DNA of 64,000 nt from Octopus vulgaris (lineage: Eukaryota). The notes beneath the pieces were generated by a model. It was not told the origin of the DNA. It did not search any database and saw only the letters and a program-made list of their open reading frames with translations. The translations under genes and the position numbers were made by a program. Below are positions 53,373-64,000 of this stretch, piece after piece. Each line of letters starts with the position of its first letter. The first letter of the stretch is position 1. The DNA lies in assembly GCA_951406725.2 (NCBI GenBank), contig OX597828.1, forward strand, positions 11,470,001 to 11,534,000, given 5' to 3'.

Positions 53373-53929
53373 CATAACACATTTTCCAAAAATCAAGCTG
53401 TTTTCAAACAGTATTAGTTAACTGGGGCTATGGCAGTAGACACATGCTTCACAGTAACTCACAATGAAATTGAATGTGGAACTAAATGCTTGCAAAACTA
53501 ATTTTTTAAACACACAACTAAAGCTATCGCTATTCGGCCAGCAGCTTATGAAGACTCGGTCTGCTGAATTAGGACTGACCTGGGAAGCTATACAGCAACT
53601 GCAATCACAAGTTAATTCATTCAATTGGCAAAGCAAGCAAATACTGCAGATGCAATTTTGTGATTCTTGCTTTACACAATTCCTTACAAGAGAAGAGGAA
53701 AAAAAGAATAAGTTATAGTGTTTCTTATCTTTGATCAACACAGATCTATCCATATTAAGCAAAAGTTTCAATAATTTTATAGAAAATTTCAAAGAAGGGT
53801 CACTGAGAGGTGCTGTGGTGCGTTTCATCTTTCATTAAGGAAAGCTTTTATTAGTAGGGTCACCATGAATCTCTCCTATAGCAAGACGGCTGTTTCTGTC
53901 CCTCTATGGTACATTAACCTCTCATCACC

Positions 53930-54205
53930 TGACATAAAGCCACATCCCTCAATACCATTTGTATCCCCCAATCAAGGGTATCTTGTCTTGCAAGTTACTC
54001 AGTGACTAAACAGGGGCCAGTGCCATGTGAAACAAACACTCAGTATACTCGGCCAAGTGGTTGGCATTAGGGAGGGCAGCTAGGTGTAGAAACCTCACCC
54101 AAGTAAACACTGGAGCTTGGTGCAGTCCACTGGCTTGCCAAAAACCTGTATAACCATCCCATCCATGCAACATAGATAACAGACATATAATGATGATGAC
54201 GGTGA
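53930..54205 (+). mobile_element. RTE 3' tail fragment
   Basis: aagtggttggcattagggagggcagctaggtgtagaaacc...ccatgcaacata...tgatgatg. Confidence 0.7.
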
Positions 54206-54452
54206 TTATGTTGTTGTTCTTGATGGTTAACTCCCTCCCCCTTACCACCACCACCAGATCAGTGTTGATGGAGCAAACCTATGAGCAGAACTGTTTCAGC
54301 TATGACTATCTTTTTAATTGTTTAAGACACAAGGATCTAGGACAAAATTGTATGGGGCAAAATAAGAGTATTTCAGTCATGGCTATTATTTCTACTATAT
54401 CCATCATGATAACCCTATCCTATTTTTATAAGAGTATTTCCCCAATTAGTGA

Positions 54453-54790
54453 AGGTGGATGGCTCAGTGGTTGGAGCATTGGACGCACAATCATGAGGTA
54501 GTGAGTTTGATTCTTGGACCAGGTTGTGTGTTGTGTTATTGAGCAAGACACTTTATTTCATGTTGCTCCAGTTCACTCAGCTGTAGAAATGAGTTGCGAC
54601 GTCACAGGTGCCAAGCTGTATCAGCCTTTGCCTTTCCCTTGGTTAACATTTGTGGCATGGAGAGTGGGGTCTGGTATGCATGGGTGACTACTGATCTTCC
54701 ATAAACAACCTCTCCCAAACTTGTGCCTTGGAGGGGAACTTTCTAATTGCAATCTCATGGTCATTCGTGATTGAAGAGGGTTTTACCCTT
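54453..54790 (+). mobile_element. SINE family B
   Basis: Homologous to 15870-16203. Confidence 0.88.
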
Positions 54791-55775
54791 CATTTCTAGG
54801 ATTACATTATTCGGTTTGACTGACACCATTTTTGAGATGACAGAACCTAAGTATATTTAACTGGTATTTCTAGCATACTGCGTTCTTCATAGCTCTTGCT
54901 TGTTAATACTGCTAATAAAGAATATCCATAAACACCAGAATTTCTTGTTCCACTCCATGCCAAAAACAAATCAACAGAACTGACCCAACCTTTCCCCCAG
55001 CCCCCATTGATGGATACCACAGTTACAAAAAGAGTTGAGCAGCTGACTGTTTACTACTGAATTCGTGTTAAAATAAATATATGTTGATTGATTGAGTTAA
55101 ATCAAATGTCAGACTGAACAAACACGAAAAAAAAAAACATTACAACATAAAAAAAAAAACAGCAAATAACTACAATAATACAGGGAGAAAAAGATTGTTG
55201 CTATGGGAAATAAAATAATTGATTTCTTTATTTTTTTTTTCTTGGGCATGCGCACACGCGCACGTGTTGTTGTTGTTATTGTTGTTCTTTTGCACTTTCT
55301 TCTCAGTTTCGCATTCTTTTTTTTCTTTTTCTACATGCGTAGGGGTGGTAATGAGAGGAGAGTTAATATGGTGAGAAGAAGCACCGAGAGTCTTGGAGAA
55401 GCAATGAAAAAGTAATTTTATTTAAATAAAATTTTTCAGAATATTATTTGCTTTCGGTAGAAATGGACAGCAAAAGTTAGGAGTTTACCGAAGATATCCA
55501 TTCCATTGATTAATTGGAGAACCTATAAGTTAAGTGAAGAAAAAGCTATGATATATTTATAGAGATAGATATCAACATACATACACGCATACATATATAT
55601 ATATGTATGTATATATACACATGTATGTATGTATGTATGTAAGTATATATATATATACACACACACATGCGTGTATTACGTATGTGTATATATTTATATA
55701 TATATACATATATATAGATATGACTGTATATATATATATATATATGTATATATCATATTATAATATATATGTATG

Positions 55776-55820
<45 letters not shown>

Positions 55821-56035
55821 AGTATATATATATATCTGTACAGATATACATACATATATATATATATATATACATACACACACACACATACAGTATATAT
55901 ATATATCTGTACATATATAACTACATATACATATATATATATATATACATACATACACACACACACATACAGTATATATATATATATATCTGTACATATA
56001 TAACTACATATATATATATATACATATATATATAA

Positions 56036-56098
<63 letters not shown>

Positions 56099-57234
56099 CA
56101 CACACACACACACACAGACATATATATATATACCCATACATACACACACAAACACACACACATATATATATTCATATGTATGTATGCATGTATATACATT
56201 CCCTGATGTTCTCATCTTCCCCGACAAAAACATGCTGAAGAACTCAAATAACAGGCAGGCAGGCAGCAGAAGATAGAATATTTGCGGCATGTTTATTTGA
56301 TCACGCATGTTTACGTTTATATTGGTAAACAGAAAAAAAGTCTCACTATATGCCGGTGCCAATCCAAATAGGAGAACTGGCAGATTCCACGCCGTGTTCA
56401 AATAACAAGCACCAACCTGACTCCAATAAACAAATAGTTATGTCTTCAGATCTGTCCAGTTCAATAGAAAACCCTCACACACACACATACTAAGGAGACT
56501 GTAACATGGGCTGAACATAACGGCTTTGATGAAATGCTCATAATTGATGGACGTAAGTTTATAGTATTTACCAAAGTAAAATTAAAAATTAAAAAAAAAG
56601 ACATGAAAGATAGAAAACAATTTTTAAACTAAAAATATTACAATATTTTAATTTGAAATTACAAAATCCAAATACAGACATTAAAATAAAAAAAAAATTC
56701 AAATGATTAAGAAATTAAATAATATTTTTTTTATTTTTACCAAAAAAAGTTAGAAATAAAAAAAATGTTTTGTTTATTAAAAAAAAAAAAAATTCAATTC
56801 TCTGTTTCATATCGTAGAAATGATTAAAATAGATCCCTCGCCTCTAAATAACGGTGTTTAATTAGTGAGAAGTAAATAGTAGTGACCGTTCTCCAAACAG
56901 ACAACACAATATTAACAGAGCAATAAGAGAAACCATAGTAGGAAATGATGCCAACAAATTTAGCCAGGAATTATTAAAATCTGATGATTTAATAGTTTAT
57001 AATGGTCATACGTACAGACATACATACATACATGTAAATAACATTCTTAAACATACATATGCATCTATACACACAATCATATGCGTAAACACATCTGCAC
57101 CTATATCTGTTATGCTATTATACACAAACGTGTGTATGCACACATGCAAACATATATATATATATATGCACATGAACATGCACAGTTCTAAACATACATG
57201 CAGACATATACATACATACATGTGTGTGCGTCTG

Positions 57235-57270
<36 letters not shown>

Positions 57271-57311
57271 CATCTGTACAAATTTGTTTGTATATGTATG
57301 TATATATATAC

Positions 57312-57346
<35 letters not shown>

Positions 57347-58229
57347 TATATGCATATTCAGATATACATTTGTGTATGCTGCAGCAAAAATGCACCACCA
57401 TAAACGCATGTGTATATATCAGTGTGTGTATATGTGTCACTGTGGGAGTGTGTGTATATGTGACAGAGAGAGAGAGCGGGTTAGCGTGTCAGAATGTGTG
57501 TGTGTATGTGTGTGTGTGAATTCACCTGCTTAAGCAAACACGGTGTTGGTGATAAAGCTTGACTAAAATAAATGTTGGGGGATATTTATCATAAAGAAGT
57601 GGAAACAAGTCTACAGGAATACCGAACTACAGGAATAGATCAATCAAACATGACAGAATCAACTTCACACAAGCAATGAAATCTGAAAACAAATCATAGA
57701 CTACCCATCATTAAAGTAATTAAACCGACATAATTACCACTGTTCTCAGACATTCCCCAAAGTTTGCACAGATCCTTGCAGTTCTCAAACTCACGATTCA
57801 AATAAACAGAAACTTCAAAAACAAATATTTCCACATAAAAACCAGGCCAGAAACTTTTGTTTTCCTTGCAGTCGATGATATGGAGCAATGGTTACATAAG
57901 GAATACAATCTCCCATTTCCTTTCCGTATTTTCCTCTCAGTCTAAGTATCTGTTTTGTGTATGTGTATGTGTGTGTGCATGTGTGTGTCCCCTTTAAGTT
58001 CACTTAAGGGGAAAAGTTTTGAGCATGCAGACAAAAGCTCATATTCTATTATGCCAGCTATGGCCTAATGATGCTAAATGGCGATACCAGTTTTTGGGGG
58101 TTGCACCAAGCTGTGCTGATATATTTCACCCAAAGAAATGAATGCATAATACGGACTGCACCGTAATCATCCCAGGGATACAGACTATAAACTTAAGAGA
58201 CATGTGATTTGTAGAAATGCATGTAACAA

Positions 58230-58432
58230 TCATCACCATCATAATCATTTAACATCCACTTTCCATGCTGGCATGGGTTGGAAGATTTGACTGAGGACTG
58301 GCGAACCAGATGGCTGCACCAGGCTCCAGTCTAATCTGGCAGAGTTTCTACAGCTGGATGCCCTTCCTACTGCCAACCACTCCGAGAGTGTAGTGGGTGC
58401 TTTTATGTGCCACCGACACGAGGGCCAGTAAG
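58230..58432 (-). mobile_element. RTE 3' tail fragment
   Basis: Closely matches 6780-6960. Confidence 0.85.
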
Positions 58433-58505
58433 GCGGTACATGCATTAAAATATTTATAAATCCCATCCAAGGATTATTATTGTTATTACTATATATATAT
58501 ATATA

Positions 58506-58674
58506 GGCACAGGAGTGGTTGTGTGGTAAGAAGCTTGCTTTCTAACCACGTGGTTCTGGGTTCAGTGCTACTGCATGGCAACTTGAGCAAGTGTCTTCTA
58601 CTATAGCCTCAGGCTGAGCAAAGCCTTGTGAGTGGATTAGGCAGATGGAATCTGAAAGAAAGCTGTCGTGCATG

Positions 58675-58725
<51 letters not shown>

Positions 58726-58934
58726 TTATGTCTGTGTTTGTCTCTACATTACTGCTTGACAACCGGTGTTGGTGTGTTTACATCTCCATAACTTAGCGGT
58801 TCAGCAAAAGAGCCTGATAGAATAAGTACCAGGCTTAAGAAATAAGTATTTGGGTTGATTCAATCGACTAAAAATTAAAGGTAGTGCCCCAGCATGGCTG
58901 CAGTCTAATGACTGAAACAAGTAAAAGATAAAAG

Positions 58935-58935
<1 letters not shown>
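58506..58935 (+). mobile_element. SINE family A (near full length)
   Basis: Same structure as 41730-42162. Confidence 0.92.
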
Positions 58936-58966
<31 letters not shown>

Positions 58967-58967
58967 A

Positions 58968-59435
58968 ATTGGTGAATTGAAGAAGTGGAGCTGAACGAAG
59001 ATTGAACAGAAATCGTTTTATTTCATTCTACACGTGTTTCGAAAGGCACAATTTACCAAAATCCGATTGAATAATGAGACCATATTGTGTCTTTCTCAGG
59101 AAGAAATAGGAAATCCGTTGGAAAAAACGGATTTCCTATTTCTTCCTGAAGAGAAAGACACAATATGGTCTCATTATTCAATCGGATTTTGGTAAATTGT
59201 GCCTTTCGAAACACGTGTAGAATGAAATAAAACGATTTCTGTTCAATCTTCGTTCAGCTCCATTTCTTCAATTCACCAATAATATTTTAATTTCAATTAT
59301 CCGCACCAACGCACGGTTGCAACACCATATGGTTGTACCTCCAACCGTGCTGTCTTCTGCTTTGATTTTTGCTACCAAGGTATCGGTTAAACTTTTGATT
59401 AATCTGCTACAAGATTATTCATCTTTCTATTTCAC

Positions 59436-59438
<3 letters not shown>
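58968..59438 (+). mobile_element. Penelope-like fold-back element (family H1): inverted pLTR-like arms plus unique tail, in (TA)n
   Basis: Arms 58968-59119 and 59126-59280 (one substitution and one 3-nt indel seen), loop GGAAAA, tail to ~59438, (TA)n on both sides. Confidence 0.8.
59137..59229 (+). ncRNA. Type I minimal hammerhead ribozyme motif (intact core)
   Basis: Stem I TATTTC-TTC (59137-45) pairs with GAA-T-GAAATA (59220-29). Core CTGAAGA 59146-52. Stem II GAAAGACACAAT / ATTGTGCCTTTC. GAAA 59208-11. Palindromic stem III CACGTG. Cleavage triplet GUA, cut predicted after 59219. Confidence 0.85.
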
Positions 59439-59474
<36 letters not shown>

Positions 59475-59844
59475 GTTTCAGTGAATAAATTGTCATCGCA
59501 ATTACGCAAAAATGAAAATAACATTGACATCTCATTTTGAAAGATATATTTACCAAAATTCCATAAAAAAATGACTAGGACATATAAATATGAATAGGAC
59601 ATTTCAATTCAAATTCTCATATGAAAGTTATTTTCTGCCATAACTTTTAAAGTTTCCAACTGATTTTCTTGAAATTTTATACACAGATGGAATATGTGCT
59701 ATGCATGGGTTGAGACAAATAAAGTTTTACCTGGGTCACTTAAGCAAGGTGTAAGATGATTTTTGATTAACTGATTTATGAAATTTGGCCTAAATTGTTG
59801 TGGGGTTAAAATGTTCATCAATTATTTCAGCATTCTCAGGTTGC

Positions 59845-59973
59845 TGTAACATGTATTTTCTTAACACCTGCACTTAAAATTATCGATTCTTAACATTGCA
59901 ACATTGTGTGCTAAAACATGTAACATATATTTTCTTAACAACTGCACTTAAAATTGTCAGTTCTAACCATTGC
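59845..59973. repeat. Two-copy ~74-bp tandem duplication
   Basis: tgtaacat..tattttcttaaca.ctgcacttaaaatt.tc..ttctaac..ttgc occurs twice. Confidence 0.8.
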
Positions 59974-60364
59974 CATCAATAGTTGATTCTCACAATCAGT
60001 GGAACTATACCCATGAAACACAGTTGTCAAATGAAGTACCTTTTCTCTAAATAATTTTTCGTTTACTTTTCAAACTTTTATGTTCTTTTTTCTTCATAAC
60101 ACTCGTTTACAATTCCCTTCTTGATGTTTCCATTGATTATATATTTGCAGCTTTACACTCATCTGACTAAATGATTGTCATTTTCCTATTCCACATGTAT
60201 TTATTTGTATTACTGTTTCGCGAATGAATTTGCTTATGCCTTCAATAATCTGTCCTATGTGTTGATTTCATTTTTTGTCTCAGAGAAATTAGGCATTGTA
60301 ATGGGTACTGGGAATATCCCTGCTCTAAGGTATTATCAGATACCTCAGCTAGTATATATATATA

Positions 60365-61570
60365 TTAGGACATTAAGAATGAAATGTCTGATTTTCTTAT
60401 GCACCAGGTTTGACAGTCATTAATTCTAATGTTTTATCCTCCTGACAATTCTTTGTTTTACAACATTGAAGAGTCATAGCATCACTTTTTGAAATGCAAT
60501 TCTGATTATATTATGATTATATTCTGTTTTCTCTTGTAAATCAATTTTGTGAACCCATGGAAAAGATCAAAGATTCATGCTGTTTATGATATGAGTTCTG
60601 TCATGGAACCAATACATCCCAGACAGCTCAAAACATCGATGAGGGGTTTGGTGAAGATGAGGTGAATGAGCGCATTGTATGTCAATGAGAAGTTCCAGTC
60701 TGGTGATTTAGCTCTTGAAAATCAGCCCCATGGTAGACTTTAGATGAAGGTGGATAATGATAAACTGGATATTGTAATAGAAGCAGATACATCTCAAACT
60801 ACGTGTGAGTTAGCAGCAAGGTTTGATGCTTCGATTCTAGCTGTATTGGACCATCTAAAGCAAATCAACAGGATAAAGAAGCTGGACAAGTGGGTACCAC
60901 AGGAACTGAATGAACATCAAATGACACATCATCTTGAAACTTGCTGTTCTTTGTTGTCACGGCATAAAAGTGAACTTTTTTTGCATTGTATTGATATGTG
61001 TAATGAAAAATGTATTCTTTACAATAGCAAGCATTCTGCACGGTGGTTGGATAGAGACAAAGTGCCAAAACAATCCAAAAAAGAATATTCACCAGAAAAA
61101 GTTAATGGTGTCCATTTGGTGATCCAGCACTGATCTCATCCACTACAGCTTCATTAGACCTGGTAAGTCAATTACAGTGGATATTTACATCAACCAACTG
61201 AATGAAATGATGAATGAACTTGGAATTAAATAACCGATGACATTCCAAAGGCTGGAGCAGTTTGAATGGGAAATGTTGCCCCACCCATGATATTCGCCAG
61301 ACATTACCCCATCTGATTATCATTTATTTCGCAGTCTTGAAAATCATTTGGACAGAAAAAATATGAATTCTGTAGATGAGGTGAGAACAGTACTAGAAGA
61401 GTATTTTTCATCACGGGCAGGTGAATTTTGGAAGAGGAACTATACAGAGCTGCCCAGATTGACAGAAGAACATTATATAAAAAGGAGATTAAAAAAAAAA
61501 ACTTTGCTTATCTTAAGTCTGAAAAATAAAAGAAGTATAAAAAAACTGCTTTATCTATGGGATGACCCAA
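60365..61570 (+). mobile_element. Decayed mariner transposon (probably two joined fragments)
   Basis: YEFCHGTNTSQTAQNIDEGFGEDEVNER...KFQSGDLALENQPHGR...KLDKWVPQEL (60891)...CNEKCILY...YSPDITPSDYHLFRSLENHL (61291). Stops and frameshifts. The two termini do not match. Confidence 0.9.
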
Positions 61571-61599
61571 TATATATTTATATATATAGGCCATCATTA

Positions 61600-61825
61600 G
61601 TCATTATCATCATTTAATGTGTGTAGCTGGCAAGAGCATGCCAAGCTCTACTGTCCATTTCTGTATGGGTTTTACGGCTCAATGCTCTTCCTACCACCAA
61701 CCACTTTACGGAGTGTACTGGGTGCCTTTTACATGGCACCAGTATCAACAAAGAGTCTGCTTTGGTATGATTTTTACAGCTAGATGCCCGTTCTAATGCC
61801 AACCACTTTACAGAGTGAACTGAGT
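61600..61825 (-). mobile_element. RTE 3' tail fragment(s)
   Basis: ggttttacggctcaatgctcttcctaccaccaaccactttacggagtgtactgggtgc, partly duplicated. Confidence 0.65.
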
Positions 61826-61889
61826 ATTATAAATCTTGATGATCAGTCAGACAGTTTGAATACACAAATACACATCTGAATAAATAAAT

Positions 61890-61920
<31 letters not shown>

Positions 61921-61989
61921 GACCACTGAATGCTACCCTGTTTTTTCTCTCTATATTTTTTTTTCATTCTCTTTCCATTTTTTCCTTCT

Positions 61990-62120
61990 TATTCCTTTCT
62001 GTTGAAGAGTGTAGGCTCGAAATGCAAAAGACTTTACCATTTCTCGAGAGTATAAAACTAATACACCTGTTTGTTGTTCCTACACCTGTCGTCATCTTCT
62101 GTTTCTCTGTAAATTTGAAC
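61990..62120 (+). mobile_element. PLE-like relic with degenerate minimal hammerhead (family H3)
   Basis: cttt-CTGTTGA-a-gagt gtag gctc-GAAA-tg-CA-aaag (61995-62030). Tail homologous to 17485-17570 on the minus strand. Confidence 0.6.
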
Positions 62121-62617
62121 TATATAAATATGTGTGCGTATATATGCGTGTGTACATGTGTGTGCATGTGTGTGTATGTGTATATATATATATATATATA
62201 TTTATATGTGTGTGTACGTGTGTGTGTGCGTATATATATATATATATATATATACACATACATTGATAGGCAGATATATAGATATACTGTGTCTATGTAT
62301 ATACATTTATACACTGGTAGAAAGTTATGAAACTAATTCAAGAATCTTGCACATAACACTTATCAAACTGACTCAAAATTTGAGACTTCTTTTCTTATGT
62401 AGTGTAATTTACAATTCTTTCCAGAAATTCCAATTAATATTAATGATGGACTGACACCTGAAAACTGGAAATTTTGAATATCCCTCCCACACACATACAC
62501 ATACAAACACACACTAACATATATATCAGCATCTCTCACTAATCAGCTTCTTGCAAATCAGGCAAACTAAGTTAGGTGGAAGAATATGTAAAGAGAAGGG
62601 AAAACAGGGAAGAGAGA

Positions 62618-62892
62618 AAGCCTTGTGAGTGGGTTTGGAAGATGGAAACTGAAAGAATCTTGTTGTGTGTGTGTGTGTTTTGTGTCAGTGTTTGTCCCCT
62701 ACCACCACTTGAAAACTGGTGTTGGTGTGTTTATGTCCCCGTAATTTAGCAGTTCGGCAAAAGAGACCAATAAAATAAGTACTAGGCCCCAAAAAATAAG
62801 TACCAGGGTCAATTTGTCGAACAAAAAACCTCTTCAAGGCAATGCCCCAGCATAGCCAGTCAAATGACTGAAACAAGTAGAAGACAAAAGAT
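62618..62892 (+). mobile_element. SINE family A 3' part
   Basis: aagccttgtgagtgg...gtccccgtaatttagcagttcggcaaaagagacc...gtcaaatgactgaaacaagta. Confidence 0.85.
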
Positions 62893-62913
62893 AATCACAT
62901 TATAGAAATCTCA

Positions 62914-63250
62914 GGGTAAAGACCCCCTTTGGTCATGAATGATTATAGGACTGCAGCAAGAAAGTACCCCTTGAAGGCACAAATCTAGGCAAGGTTGTTT
63001 TATGGAAGACCAGCAGTCACCCATGCATACCAGCCTCTCTTTTCCACACCACCGATGTTATCCGAGGGAAAGGCAAAAGTCAATACAGCTTGGCACCTGT
63101 GATGTCGCAACTCATTTCTGTAGGTGAGTGAACCGGAGCAGGGTGAAACAAAGTGTCTTACACAAGAACACAACACACAACCCAGTCCAGGAACAGAACT
63201 CACTGCCTCATGATTGTGAGTCCAACACTCTAACCACTGAGCCATGTGCA
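62914..63250 (-). mobile_element. SINE family B
   Basis: Reverse complement of 15870-16203. Confidence 0.88.
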
Positions 63251-63267
63251 TTCACATTAAAATAAAG

Positions 63268-63590
63268 ACTGTCTTCGGTCATGAATGACCATGGGATTGC
63301 ATCTAGGAAGTTACCACTCCCCATGATAAAGGTCCAAGGAAGATTGTTTATGGAAGACCAACAGTCACCCATACATACCTGCCTCCCCTTTTCATGCTAT
63401 CGTTGTTATCCAAGGGAAAGGCAAAGGCCAATACAGCTTGAACCAGTGACATCGCAACTCATTTCTGCAGCTGAGTGAAGTGGAGCAACATAAAACAAAG
63501 TGTCTGGCTGAAGAATGCAACACAGCCCAACCAAGGAATCAAAGTCACTACCCCATGATTGTGACCCTCACCACTGAGTCATGTGCCTTC
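63268..63590 (-). mobile_element. SINE family B, tandem second copy
   Basis: Repeats 62925-63250 in the same orientation. Confidence 0.85.
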
Positions 63591-64000
63591 ACACACACAT
63601 GTGTGTGTGTGTGAGATGATGTCAGTGAAGTAAATGTAATGAACTACAGAATATAGGAATCTAAGTTTCAAGTCTTATTAGGGTGCCATTATACTGTGTC
63701 CCTAAACAAGGCAAGTAACTGCTTATTTCAGTTTTTCTGACTGGACAATAAAGAAACAATTAATAAGAGAAAGTTCTACTTTTATATGAGAACTGAATGG
63801 TTAACATTAAGAAAAACACACAGCCTGGAGCAGGAATTGAACTCATTACCTCATGATTGCTAGCCTGACACTCTAACCACTGAACCATGTGCCTTTACCA
63901 TAGAAATCCCAAAGCTATGAGACAATGCATGATGAATTCAAAACAATGTATATGAATAAGAATCACAATTAACAGAATAATATGAATGCCAAGGGGTTAA

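Noticed and set aside
53464-53718. 84-aa ORF
   Set aside because: Starts within a decayed SINE fragment, with no domain or clear exon boundaries.
59472-59800. Possible DNA transposon end (ta|caggtttcagtgaataaattgtc)
   Set aside because: No matching second TIR or coding relic found.

Overview
Eukaryotic, AT-rich, microsatellite-saturated DNA ((TA)n, (CA)n, (TACA)n, (AAT)n, (GAT)n, (TAGA)n). The repeat landscape is typical of an octopus (coleoid cephalopod) genome; this is recognition of the SINE/LINE families, not a database result. No complete protein-coding gene is visible, and nearly all listed ORFs are microsatellite or repeat artefacts. One plausible orphan internal exon lies at 14991-15119, so the window may be intronic. 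The rest is a transposon graveyard: several tRNA-derived SINE families; 5'-truncated RTE, Dong/R4-like, HERO-like and L1/Tx1-like LINEs; Helitrons; and mariner, maT, Tigger, piggyBac and hAT relics or MITEs. The most notable signal is a recurring set of short Penelope-like (PLE) elements in (TA)n tracts that carry minimal type I hammerhead ribozyme (HHR) motifs, several arranged as fold-back inverted pairs. The best example, 58968-59438, is a ~152-bp near-perfect palindrome with an intact HHR in one arm and a core-deleted antisense copy in the other. Most SINE/LINE boundaries are approximate.
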